A stretch of DNA of 64,000 nt, from NCBI GenBank assembly GCA_964435595.1, contig CAYSZV010000002.1, positions 39,956-103,955 on the forward strand, read 5' to 3'. The position numbers were made by a program, and so were the translations under genes. Below the pieces are notes generated by a model, which searched no databases, was not told where the DNA came from, and saw only the letters and a program-made list of their open reading frames with translations. How positions within the stretch are numbered: the stretch's first letter is position 1; each line of letters opens with the position of its first letter. This DNA is from an uncultured Candidatus Izemoplasmatales bacterium (GTDB lineage Bacteria > Bacillota_I > Bacilli_A > Izemoplasmatales > Izemoplasmataceae). Below are positions 37,954 to 46,642 of this stretch, piece after piece.

Positions 37954-38199
37954 ATGCCTAGATTAGATAAAACAGGACCTTCAGGACAAGGACCACTTAC
38001 TGGTCGTGGATTTGGTGAGTGCAATCAAGAAGGTGCAAAATCATTTTCCTACGGACGCGGAAGAGGTCGTGGTATGGGACGTGGTATGAGTCGTAATAAT
38101 GGTAGATTTGGCGTTTCTAACAACACATCAAACTTAGAAAATGAAAAACGTTATCTTGAAAATCGACTACAAGAAATCAATCAAGAATTAGACAAATAA
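37954..38199 (+). CDS. DUF5320 family protein
   Basis: The N-terminus MPRLDKTGPSGQGPLTGRGFGEC is the DUF5320 signature. It has an RG-rich middle (GRGRGRGMGRGMSRNNGRFG) and a C-terminal coiled coil. Confidence 0.8.
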   Translation: MPRLDKTGPSGQGPLTGRGFGECNQEGAKSFSYGRGRGRGMGRGMSRNNGRFGVSNNTSNLENEKRYLENRLQEINQELDK

Positions 38200-38214
38200 G
38201 AAAAGGATGATATC

Positions 38215-38565
38215 ATGCCTAGACCAAGAATAATGAGACATGTATACGGAATGCCAAAGCACCAGACATTTGGTCCATTAGAGCACCATTCCTTAGACAT
38301 AATCCTAATGAGTATTGAAGAGTATGAAACAATAAGATTGATTGATGATTCTGACCTTAATCAAGCAGAATGTGCTGAGGAAATGGGGATTGGTAGAACC
38401 ACTGCCCAACGAATCTATAATAACGCTAGAAAAAAAATAGCACATTGTCTTGTGCATGGTAAAACACTTCAGATCGAGGGTGGAGATTTTATAATCAAAG
38501 GTCACGGACGTGGCCAAGGTATGGGACGTCACGGCCAAGGTATGGGACGCAATAGATCGAGATGA
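38215..38565 (+). CDS. DUF134 (UPF0251) putative DNA-binding protein with RG-rich tail
   Basis: MPRPR...FGP...MSIEEYETIRLIDDSDLNQAECAEEMGIGRTTAQRIYNNARKKIA is a sigma70-region-4-like HTH typical of DUF134. The tail GHGRGQGMGRHGQGMGRNRSR is encoded by a 21-nt tandem repeat. Confidence 0.8.
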   Translation: MPRPRIMRHVYGMPKHQTFGPLEHHSLDIILMSIEEYETIRLIDDSDLNQAECAEEMGIGRTTAQRIYNNARKKIAHCLVHGKTLQIEGGDFIIKGHGRGQGMGRHGQGMGRNRSR

Positions 38566-38570
38566 AAAAA

Positions 38571-38596
38571 AGGATTGGAAATCACCAATCCTTTTT
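38571..38596 (+). terminator. intrinsic terminator
   Basis: Hairpin AGGATTGG-N6-CCAATCCT followed by TTTTT. Confidence 0.8.
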
Positions 38597-38732
38597 CTAT
38601 AATAATTTAATTGCTTCAAAATATTTTATTCTATATTAAGTTTCATTTAAGGTTGAAATATTATTATATAAGTGTAACAAAAAATTTTTTTCATAATCCC
38701 CCCCCTTTCAAACCTCATAAGCGCGAAAAGAA

Positions 38733-38761
38733 AACACTCCAAACTACCGATTTGGAGTGTT
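38733..38761 (-). terminator. intrinsic terminator after cyclase-family gene
   Basis: Hairpin AACACTCCAAA-N7-TTTGGAGTGTT with T-rich tails on both strands. Confidence 0.7.
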
Positions 38762-38777
38762 TTTGCTATTAGGAAAA

Positions 38778-39395
38778 TTATTTTACTTCTGCAAATGCTC
38801 TTATAAATGATCCTTCTGTCTTAATTTTTAACGGAATCATATACAATTTAAATTTCGTTTCACGTAATAACGTATGAGTATTTTTAAGATTCTCAACTAT
38901 TAAAATATCATTTGATAACAGTGTTTTATGTATCAAATATGGAAAAGAATCAGGACTAAAAAAATCTAAAGCAAGTATTTTAATTTGTTTTTCTACTATG
39001 AAATCACAAAATTCCTTTGTCACTTGAGGATGATTATGGTAGTATTCTTCACTACCATTCAATTGTTCACTCCCAGTGTAAATAACAACAATGTCATCTT
39101 TCGATAAGCAATTTTTATCTTCTTCTCTTAGCGTAATACACTTTTCGTTTTCAAAATTAAGCACAACACCATTCCCGATAAATTTGTCAATCGGATATGC
39201 ATCAATGTCTTTTTCTATCGTAGTCATATGACTCGGCGCATCGATATGTGTTCCGATATGCATCGTACTAGTTAATCTTGAATCATTGTATTGATCTATG
39301 TCAAGAAACTTAGTACGTTCAATTTTTAGTGGTTTATCAAATGAAGAAGACTTTGTTTCGTTACTTAATGTATAACTTAAATCTATGTATTTCAT
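38778..39395 (-). CDS. cyclase family protein (arylformamidase/kynurenine formamidase-like)
   Basis: The HIGTHIDAPSH motif of the putative cyclase family is present. Starts MKYIDLSY. Confidence 0.8.
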   Translation of the reverse strand: MKYIDLSYTLSNETKSSSFDKPLKIERTKFLDIDQYNDSRLTSTMHIGTHIDAPSHMTTIEKDIDAYPIDKFIGNGVVLNFENEKCITLREEDKNCLSKDDIVVIYTGSEQLNGSEEYYHNHPQVTKEFCDFIVEKQIKILALDFFSPDSFPYLIHKTLLSNDILIVENLKNTHTLLRETKFKLYMIPLKIKTEGSFIRAFAEVK

Positions 39396-39479
39396 AGTAT
39401 CACCATCCATATTAAATTATACCACAAAGATAAAGCACTATCTACATGAGATAGTGCTATTATTTTGATTCATTATATA

Positions 39480-41207
39480 TCAATCTGTTTTTAAAAATTC
39501 GAAATAGTTAACGTTCCATCCACTGTTTGTTGCTTGAAAACTAAATGTATATGTACCTGGATCTAAATAAAATATCGTACTATATCCATCTTGCCAATTT
39601 TGCCATCCACCTGTAGCACTAAACGTACAATCACCAATAATCGTACTGTCTTGAATGACATAAAATGAACCCCCATTACTTAAACTTGCAACTCTAGCTT
39701 TGATTTGATAGTTACCAGCTTCTGTAATTTCAATTTCATAATTCATATAATCACCAGTATCAATGTATCCAACATTCAATCCTCCACCAGTGTCAGTTGT
39801 AACTTCTGTTTGGATGCCATAAGCAAATGTGTATGCTTCCGCCTCAATACGATCATTTTGTGTCGGAGCAGAATAACTACCTACAGTAATTGTTTGTGCA
39901 GGCCCTTTGTTTCCCGCAAAATCGACTGGTATTACCTTGACAATTTGATCCGTTGCTCCTGCATCAATCACTATAGCATTATGCGTACTATTATCTAACA
40001 ACACATTGTCTATGTATACTTCATAATACTCAATCATCACATCATCAACTGCCACATCCCAGCCAACAAATGATTGAGTTGGACTTGAAGATATTATTCT
40101 TAAATCAGTAACGGCTTCAGGAACTTCATTATCCATTCCTGCATAATCTTTTTGGTAAACTCTAACATAATCAATTTCAAATTTCATATGATCTAATGAT
40201 TCGTCTATACCTGCATATCCACCCCAATTGCCTCCGAATGCAAGGTTCAAGATTAAATGAAAATCTTCATCAAATGGCCATGCTTCCCACGGTAATACAT
40301 TGCTTGAATTGTCAGGATCATAATTTACTGTATAGTAATTGATTCCATTGACATAGAACCGTATTACATTTGGTTCCCATTCCATTTCGTAAACATGAAA
40401 TTCTGTTTCCATATTATTTAAGCTAATTGTTTCTCCAACTTGTGTACCAATCGAATGATTGTAAGCACCTGTATGAATTGTAGCATGAAGCAAGTTAGGA
40501 TCTACTCCTACAAATTCCATGATATCTATTTCACCAGAGTCTGGCCATCCACCATAAGACCAATCTGTTGGCAACATCCAAATCGCTGGCCAGGTTCCCT
40601 TACCACCGGCGACTTTAGCTCTTACTTGAACTTTTCCATATGTCCAATCACCTTTGTCTCTTGATACCAAACGAGCTGAAGTATAATCATTTCCTCCAAA
40701 ACTCTCTTTCATTGCTTCTATTGTGAGATATCCATTCGCTACATAAGCGTTATCGACATCAGCATTTGTATAATATTGTAATTCATTGTTACCCCATCCA
40801 TGTCCTCCAACATCATAGTTCCACAATGTTGAATTAGGAAGTCCTTCATAGTCAAATTCATCACACCATACAGGTTGCCATTCTCCTATGTTGTCTAAGT
40901 ATGAACATTCATCTGCTACGATATCTCTACCTGCATAATAATCATATCCTTGCGATTGATAAACTGGACCAACTAAATCGTCATTTACAATTGGGACATA
41001 ATTCGGATCCTCAATACATTCATTATCTACTACCATTTCATCTATATCACAGTCATCTTCAGTTACTTGATATACACATTCCCCATCTTCAAGATTATAT
41101 CCAGGTATACAATTTGTAACAGGATTAGTACGCACACCCTCTTCGTCGCAAGCTACCAATGTAAGTGATACAAGCAACAATAATAAAATACCTACTATTT
41201 TTTTCAT
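39480..41207 (-). CDS. GH16 beta-glucanase (laminarinase/licheninase-type) lipoprotein with FN3-like and CBM6-like C-terminal modules
   Basis: Lipobox LTLVAC and the GH16 catalytic motif GEIDIMEF (ExDxxE). The C-terminal RIEAEAY...GGWQNWQ...NVNYFEF is CBM6-like. The ATG at 41207 has an AAAGGAG RBS. Confidence 0.88.
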   Translation of the reverse strand: MKKIVGILLLLLVSLTLVACDEEGVRTNPVTNCIPGYNLEDGECVYQVTEDDCDIDEMVVDNECIEDPNYVPIVNDDLVGPVYQSQGYDYYAGRDIVADECSYLDNIGEWQPVWCDEFDYEGLPNSTLWNYDVGGHGWGNNELQYYTNADVDNAYVANGYLTIEAMKESFGGNDYTSARLVSRDKGDWTYGKVQVRAKVAGGKGTWPAIWMLPTDWSYGGWPDSGEIDIMEFVGVDPNLLHATIHTGAYNHSIGTQVGETISLNNMETEFHVYEMEWEPNVIRFYVNGINYYTVNYDPDNSSNVLPWEAWPFDEDFHLILNLAFGGNWGGYAGIDESLDHMKFEIDYVRVYQKDYAGMDNEVPEAVTDLRIISSSPTQSFVGWDVAVDDVMIEYYEVYIDNVLLDNSTHNAIVIDAGATDQIVKVIPVDFAGNKGPAQTITVGSYSAPTQNDRIEAEAYTFAYGIQTEVTTDTGGGLNVGYIDTGDYMNYEIEITEAGNYQIKARVASLSNGGSFYVIQDSTIIGDCTFSATGGWQNWQDGYSTIFYLDPGTYTFSFQATNSGWNVNYFEFLKTD

Positions 41208-41407
41208 ATATTGTCTCTCCTTTAGAACTATTATTCTCAAATAATTATACCATACTATATCGTTTTCGTTATGGAAATTGTATGAATAGATAAAAAGAAA
41301 AGCACTATCAATAATGATAATACTCTTTTTAATGTTTCTATATGATTCCTCAAAAGGCACCATTTAAGATACCCTTTGTTTCATCGAAACACATTTAGTT
41401 TATTTAG

Positions 41408-41935
41408 TTAGGCTTGACTATATTTCTTTGAATATAATCGTAGTTTTTCTTGTATTTTTTCATTGGAAAAATATTTTATAATATCTTCCTCGCTCAATGT
41501 ATATCCATCAATTATTAACTGAATACATGATTTAGCAATAATGATTTCTCTTTGATCTTTATCTTGAAGCATTGCTTCAAAATCAATTGTACCATTTTCA
41601 TTAATTCCAGCCATCATAGATTTGTAGATACCGTTATTTACTCCTAATACAGCCTTGATTTTTAGAATTGATTTGATTGCACCAATTACTTCTTCTACGT
41701 TTACTTTTTTATTCATTCTTTTTCTGAATTCTCCCGCATTTAAGATTTGGTCTACAGATACTTCTAATACATCACTTAATAGTAATAAGATTGATGTATC
41801 TGGAAGAGTCGTTCCTGTTTCCCATTTAGATACTGCTTGGAAACTAATACTTAGTTTTTCTGCTAAGTCTTTTTGTGTTAAATGCATTCCGATTCGTTTC
41901 GATTTTATGTATTTTCCTATTTCGATGGTGTTCAT
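41408..41935 (-). CDS. XRE family transcriptional regulator with C-terminal helical domain
   Basis: The N-terminal HTH is LTQKDLAEKLSISFQAVSKWETG. Confidence 0.85.
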   Translation of the reverse strand: MNTIEIGKYIKSKRIGMHLTQKDLAEKLSISFQAVSKWETGTTLPDTSILLLLSDVLEVSVDQILNAGEFRKRMNKKVNVEEVIGAIKSILKIKAVLGVNNGIYKSMMAGINENGTIDFEAMLQDKDQREIIIAKSCIQLIIDGYTLSEEDIIKYFSNEKIQEKLRLYSKKYSQA

Positions 41936-42077
41936 ATAGCACCTCCTACATTAATAGTATAATACGCGTTCAGTAATTCAACAATAACTAGATATTTGAA
42001 TAAATTCTATTTTCGGTTGATAATTGCATTATAGCAGTCTTTAAAGAGTGTAAAGTAATTAAAAATCAATATAAAAA

Positions 42078-42105
42078 AGCTAGAAATTTTTTATAATTTC
42101 TAGCT
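42078..42105 (-). terminator. intrinsic terminator after hydrolase-membrane fusion gene
   Basis: Hairpin AGCTAGAAATT-N6-AATTTCTAGCT with A and T runs on both sides. Confidence 0.75.
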
Positions 42106-42120
42106 TTTTATTTGATTTGA

Positions 42121-44178
42121 TTATCCTGCTAATTGATAAATGATTGTGTTAGATAATGTAATGATTGTGAAGAAGATTGCTGTGAAGAATACTGAAGTCC
42201 AAATGTTTCCAGTTTTCAATGATAATCTTCTCATAATGATACCTGCGAATGATAATGTTGGCACCAATCCTACTGTTAAGATAATGCTTAATGAGAATGT
42301 AGGATAAATTGCAACACCTTGATTATATAAATGCCAATAGTTAACAACCAATAATAGAACGATTGGTCCAGCTAATAAGAATGCTGAGAATAAGTCACCA
42401 AGCCAAGCTCTTTTGATTGATCTTGTATTTACAAATACACTTACAGCAGCTGCAAAGTAGAATATACTGAATGCAGGGATGTATCTAATTCCTTCTTTCA
42501 GTTGATTCCAGTTAAAGATTTGAATTGCATATGTATAGAAACGGAAGTCTGTTAAGAATACCCAACCAACAATAGCAACAACGAATAACACACCAATAAC
42601 CATAACGATTGCAGTTAATAAACTTGCACCTAATTGTACAGGAGTAGTATTCAGTCCGTAAGGATTTTTCACTTCTTCACCTTGGTTGAAGTAAATTGAA
42701 GTAGCGACAGTAATCATTAAGATTAATCCAGCACTAGCTAAAGCCCAATACACAATTGTATTTACCGAAGGAGCTCCCCAATCAACACCAGTTTCAAAGA
42801 TATCTGTATTTGTTAATAACCATCTATAATAGATTTGTGATAATAGTAAGAATCCAGCACTAAAAGAAACTTTAATAGCAAATGCTTGATCTACTTTTCC
42901 TAATACTTTTAATATCCATGCAACAGCAGCAACTACAACAGCTAGGACGATTACTACAATTGTAAATGTAGCTAGTTTTTCTAGTTCTTCTGCACTTCGA
43001 TCCATGAATACCTTAATATAATATGCACTTAATAAAGTTGCACCAACAATAACAACTGATTTAACAATATTCTTTTCTTTCGCTCTTGTAGCAAATGATT
43101 CATTAGAATTCGCTTCACCGATTGCTTTGTTAAATACAGGCAATGTAGTAATTAAACTAAATAATGGGAAAATCATAGTAATTAATGCCAATAAAGCAAT
43201 CAATGTAAATGCTTCTTTTAGCCACCATGTTTGTCCAGTTGTACCTGTTGTAACACCATAGTCTTCTAAGTCATCCATATCAGCTTTCATAAGTTGGAAT
43301 GTGAATGCTTTTTCGAAGAATTTTACTGTATCTTCACCAGTTTCTAAAGACCATGTGTTTTGAGGATGTGTTTCATCAGGTGTAAAAATAACACGTTGTC
43401 CACCAGCTACAGAAAAATAAGTGTCTGGGAATGCTTCTGTACCTGCCGGTAATCCTAAGAATGCAATTCCTACAGGATCTGTAACGAAGTCTTTATAACG
43501 TACACTACCTTCAGATCCAGGTGTTACATTATCAAAGAAGAATTGATCATAATGAGCTGCTACCATACCAGCAGATCTAGGTCCAATGTAAGAGATAGGA
43601 TCTGGGAATGGAATATAACGAAAATCTGATCCAACTGATAACATAGTTGCAATTTTTCTAATTCCAGATGTTGCAAAATCCATTTCATCAAGAATTACTG
43701 CAGATGTAGCTGAAAATCCACCCATAGAATGTCCAGAAACACCTATCATACCATTTCCATCGGCGTCCTTAAGAACATAATCTTGGTCATACATGTATTG
43801 CACAGCATCGTATACTGCTTGAACATAAAAACTAAACTGTGCTGGAGTATCCCATTGAGAGTCTCCATGGTCATACATGTCAAATGCTAATACAACGTAT
43901 CCACGTTTCGATAATTCAATTGCTGCAATCTCTTGCATTTCTTTGTTGTTCAAATAACCATGTGTTGTAATTACTGTTGGTGCAGGGTTATCCGCGTCAA
44001 CTCCCCTAGGAGTATACAAGAGTCCAGCTAGTTCTCCATTGTCTGTTTCAAAGCTAATTGCATCAACTTTAACACTGAAGAACGAGTTTTGAACTAGACT
44101 AGCTGATAAACTGGCAACTAGTATTACTGCCAAACATACGATTAATAGGTTTAGCGGCTTTGATAATTTTTTCAACAT
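42121..44178 (-). CDS. alpha/beta-hydrolase (serine esterase/lipase-like) fused to a ~10-TM membrane domain
   Basis: Signal-anchor, the nucleophile elbow GVSGHSMGG, and then about 10 predicted TM helices over the last ~350 aa. The ATG at 44178 has a GAGAGGA RBS. Confidence 0.75.
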   Translation of the reverse strand: MLKKLSKPLNLLIVCLAVILVASLSASLVQNSFFSVKVDAISFETDNGELAGLLYTPRGVDADNPAPTVITTHGYLNNKEMQEIAAIELSKRGYVVLAFDMYDHGDSQWDTPAQFSFYVQAVYDAVQYMYDQDYVLKDADGNGMIGVSGHSMGGFSATSAVILDEMDFATSGIRKIATMLSVGSDFRYIPFPDPISYIGPRSAGMVAAHYDQFFFDNVTPGSEGSVRYKDFVTDPVGIAFLGLPAGTEAFPDTYFSVAGGQRVIFTPDETHPQNTWSLETGEDTVKFFEKAFTFQLMKADMDDLEDYGVTTGTTGQTWWLKEAFTLIALLALITMIFPLFSLITTLPVFNKAIGEANSNESFATRAKEKNIVKSVVIVGATLLSAYYIKVFMDRSAEELEKLATFTIVVIVLAVVVAAVAWILKVLGKVDQAFAIKVSFSAGFLLLSQIYYRWLLTNTDIFETGVDWGAPSVNTIVYWALASAGLILMITVATSIYFNQGEEVKNPYGLNTTPVQLGASLLTAIVMVIGVLFVVAIVGWVFLTDFRFYTYAIQIFNWNQLKEGIRYIPAFSIFYFAAAVSVFVNTRSIKRAWLGDLFSAFLLAGPIVLLLVVNYWHLYNQGVAIYPTFSLSIILTVGLVPTLSFAGIIMRRLSLKTGNIWTSVFFTAIFFTIITLSNTIIYQLAG

Positions 44179-44215
44179 AATATTATCCTCTCTATTTCTT
44201 ATTTTATATATAAAA

Positions 44216-44253
44216 GAAGCGAAAACGAACACAAAAAAGGTCATTTCGGCTTC
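44216..44253 (-). promoter_or_regulatory. terminator-like hairpin in the 5' leader of the hydrolase gene
   Basis: Minus strand GAAGC(C)GAAA-N18-UUUCGCUUC followed by UUUUAUAUAU, about 35 nt before the RBS. The stem is imperfect (one bulge). Confidence 0.35.
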
Positions 44254-44387
44254 TCTAATATCTATGCCATATTAACTTGTATATATATGTGAAAACGCAT
44301 TCATAAAAATATTATCTCACATAATAGTAAAAAGTGCAAATACAATTTGTAATCAAACTAAAGTAATAAAGTGGCATAGATAAAAAA

Positions 44388-44408
44388 AAGACAAATCTAG
44401 TTTGTCTT
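44388..44408 (-). terminator. intrinsic terminator overlapping glpP stop
   Basis: Hairpin AAGACAAA-N5-TTTGTCTT followed by T8 on the minus strand. Confidence 0.7.
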
Positions 44409-44963
44409 TTTTGATTGCCACAATTCTTGTTTACTTACAGTCACTCCGATTGCTCCTGCATCCAAACAACTTTGTACTTGTTCTTCAGTCGTTAAAAGCC
44501 CTCCACTAAACACATTACATTGCAATTCTTCTTTAATATATTCAATAATACTTGTGCTTACAGCAGGTAATATTTCTAAACAATCAGGCTGTGACTTACT
44601 AATAACTTCTAAACTTCTTTTTAATGACAAAGAATCTTTCAAAAAAATTCGTTGCATTCCAATTACATGTCTCTTTTTACAAATCAATATCACTCTTGGT
44701 TTGATAGATATAATTCCATCTACATGATAGTTTTGAATCAAATGAATTGCCCCATATTCGTCTGCATGCAATCCCCTAATCATATCTATATGAACCAATA
44801 CTTTTCGGTCATTACTTTTTAACAACTCAATAACATCACCTAATTGAGCAAGTTGAAAATCAACTAAAATACAATATTTTATATCCGTTTTTAAAAATGC
44901 CTTAATCATACTAAAATCTGATAAAGCAGGAAGTCTTTGTTGTCCTTCAAACATCATATTCAC
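44397..44963 (-). CDS. glpP: glycerol-3-phosphate responsive antiterminator GlpP family protein
   Basis: 188 aa. The pattern IPA...VFLL...I..L...K.VFVHIDMI.GL..D..G..FL....DGIISTK...I..AK...L..IQRIFLIDS is recognisable: VLVHIDMIRGLHADEYGAIHLI...DGIISIKPRVI...IGMQRIFLKDS. Confidence 0.82.
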   Translation of the reverse strand: MNMMFEGQQRLPALSDFSMIKAFLKTDIKYCILVDFQLAQLGDVIELLKSNDRKVLVHIDMIRGLHADEYGAIHLIQNYHVDGIISIKPRVILICKKRHVIGMQRIFLKDSLSLKRSLEVISKSQPDCLEILPAVSTSIIEYIKEELQCNVFSGGLLTTEEQVQSCLDAGAIGVTVSKQELWQSKKTN

Positions 44964-45148
44964 AACCTCTTTTCTTTATAACTATGCTAAATACATTATA
45001 CTTCTATACCTTCATTTTTACAATATAACATAGAAAAATACTGTTTCATTAGAGATATTTTTATGTGATGTATAGAATAAAGCGTCGCTTTTAACTATTC
45101 ATAACATTAGTGATATAATAAAGAATACCATTATTTAGGAGGATTCAT

Positions 45149-46069
45149 ATGAAAAAGTGGAATATTGAGCAAGTAGAAAACCTATCAGGAAAAAATGTTA
45201 TTGTAACTGGTGCAAATACTGGTCTTGGCTACGAAACAGCCTTAGCAATTGCTTCGAAAGGAGCGAATGTAATTATGGCATGTCGTTCACAAGAACGAGC
45301 TGAAAAAGCAAAACAAAGCATAATTGAGAAACACCCAAAGGCAACAATAGATATCATTTTGCTTGATTTAGGGAATTTATCTAAAATTGAATCATTTGTT
45401 AAGGAGTACAAATCAAAATACAAAACATTAGATGTTTTAATCAACAATGCTGGAGTCATGACAACTCCGTATATGAAAACTGATGATGGATTTGAATTTC
45501 AGAATGGTGTCAATCATTTGGGTCATTTCGCACTCACTGCACAATTGTTCGATCTATTAAAGAAAACTAAGAATTCAAGACTTGTAGTTGTCAGTAGTAT
45601 TGCTCATAAGAATGCAGTGATTGATTTAGAAGACTACATGTTCGAACAAGAAGAAAACTATACACCGATGAAATCATACCGACAAAGTAAATTATCAAAC
45701 CTATTGTTTATGAAAGAGCTAAACAGACGAATAAAAGATAAAAATTATTCTGTCAAAGTGCTCGCTGCACATCCAGGTGTATCTAGGACTGAATTAACAA
45801 GATATGTCTTAAGTGGCTTCTTAGCAATTCTTTTATACCCACTTGTCTTTCTATTTACACAATCAGCAAAAAGAGGCGCACTTCCTCAATTAAGAGCAGC
45901 CCTAGATAAGAATGCACAAACAGGAGAATACTATGGTCCAAACGGATACAAGGAAATGCGTGGGAATCCAATTTTAGTTAAACCTGAGCCAAATGCAAAT
46001 AATAAAAAAGATGCCAAAGCATTATGGGAGCTTTCTGAAAAACTAACTAATATAAAATTTACAATTTAG
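45149..46069 (+). CDS. short-chain dehydrogenase/reductase (retinol dehydrogenase-like)
   Basis: The motifs TGANTGLGYET (TGxxxGxG), NNAG and YxxSK (YRQSK). Confidence 0.88.
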   Translation: MKKWNIEQVENLSGKNVIVTGANTGLGYETALAIASKGANVIMACRSQERAEKAKQSIIEKHPKATIDIILLDLGNLSKIESFVKEYKSKYKTLDVLINNAGVMTTPYMKTDDGFEFQNGVNHLGHFALTAQLFDLLKKTKNSRLVVVSSIAHKNAVIDLEDYMFEQEENYTPMKSYRQSKLSNLLFMKELNRRIKDKNYSVKVLAAHPGVSRTELTRYVLSGFLAILLYPLVFLFTQSAKRGALPQLRAALDKNAQTGEYYGPNGYKEMRGNPILVKPEPNANNKKDAKALWELSEKLTNIKFTI

Positions 46070-46073
46070 TACA

Positions 46074-46099
46074 AAGTTAAGAGAATTTTCTCTTAACTT
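46074..46099 (+). terminator. intrinsic terminator
   Basis: Hairpin AAGTTAAGAGA-N4-TCTCTTAACTT followed by a T-run. Confidence 0.75.
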
Positions 46100-46204
46100 T
46101 TTCTTTACTATAAGAAGTAGTATAATAAGATAAAGGCAATTCTTATCTACAAACATAAATATACGATTATCATAAATAAAATCAAAATGAGAGAAGGAAT
46201 TTTT

Positions 46205-46534
46205 ATGAGTAAAGCACTTACTATATTATTTATCCTAATCATTTCATTTACCCTTACAGGCTGTAAACCAATTAGGGAACGTCTATTAGAAGCTCCGGAT
46301 GAAATGGAAATACCCGAGGGTTCATCGAATGCGGTTTGCTTAAAGGATGATATCGAGTATACATTTGTATTTCAATTAGATGGAGTTTACTTGTATTACA
46401 TCGATGGTGTAGAGCAAAATGACGAACAACTAAACAATATTCAAGAACAAGCATTTCTTCACGGTGAAAGTATGATAAACTATCTAAACGATGAATTCGG
46501 TAACACAGGATGTACAATCACAGACTACGAGTGA
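46205..46534 (+). CDS. small lipoprotein, unknown function
   Basis: AAGGA RBS and signal peptide MSKALTILFILIISFTLTGC. Confidence 0.65.
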   Translation: MSKALTILFILIISFTLTGCKPIRERLLEAPDEMEIPEGSSNAVCLKDDIEYTFVFQLDGVYLYYIDGVEQNDEQLNNIQEQAFLHGESMINYLNDEFGNTGCTITDYE

Positions 46535-46602
46535 ACTCTCACCCACTTACGACATTCTCAATATCCTTGATGAGGAAGTTTTCTTGAAGATATTAGATAA
46601 AA

Positions 46603-46630
46603 AGCATTGAATCCAATTGGATTCGATGCT
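46603..46630. terminator. bidirectional intrinsic terminator closing the sulfoquinovose locus
   Basis: Hairpin AGCATTGAATCCAA/TTGGATTCGATGCT (one mismatch), flanked by an A-run and a T-run. Confidence 0.75.
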
Positions 46631-46642
46631 TTTTTACAAGTA

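Noticed and set aside
38305-38619. 104-aa minus-strand ORF.
   Set aside because: It is antisense to the DUF134 gene and runs through its terminator, so it is a translation artefact.
41377-41391. Palindrome TGTTTCatcGAAACA downstream of the XRE gene, considered as a cre box or terminator.
   Set aside because: It is 15 nt with the wrong central spacing for cre, and no U-run follows it. It may be an operator for the GH16 gene, but that is unsupported.
44259-44382. 11-bp perfect inverted repeat TATCTATGCCA / TGGCATAGATA, 102 nt apart, in the glpP-hydrolase spacer.
   Set aside because: By rough estimate, an 11-bp repeat at this spacing is expected a few times by chance in 64 kb of AT-rich DNA. 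I keep it only as a possible element of the leader, not as a feature.
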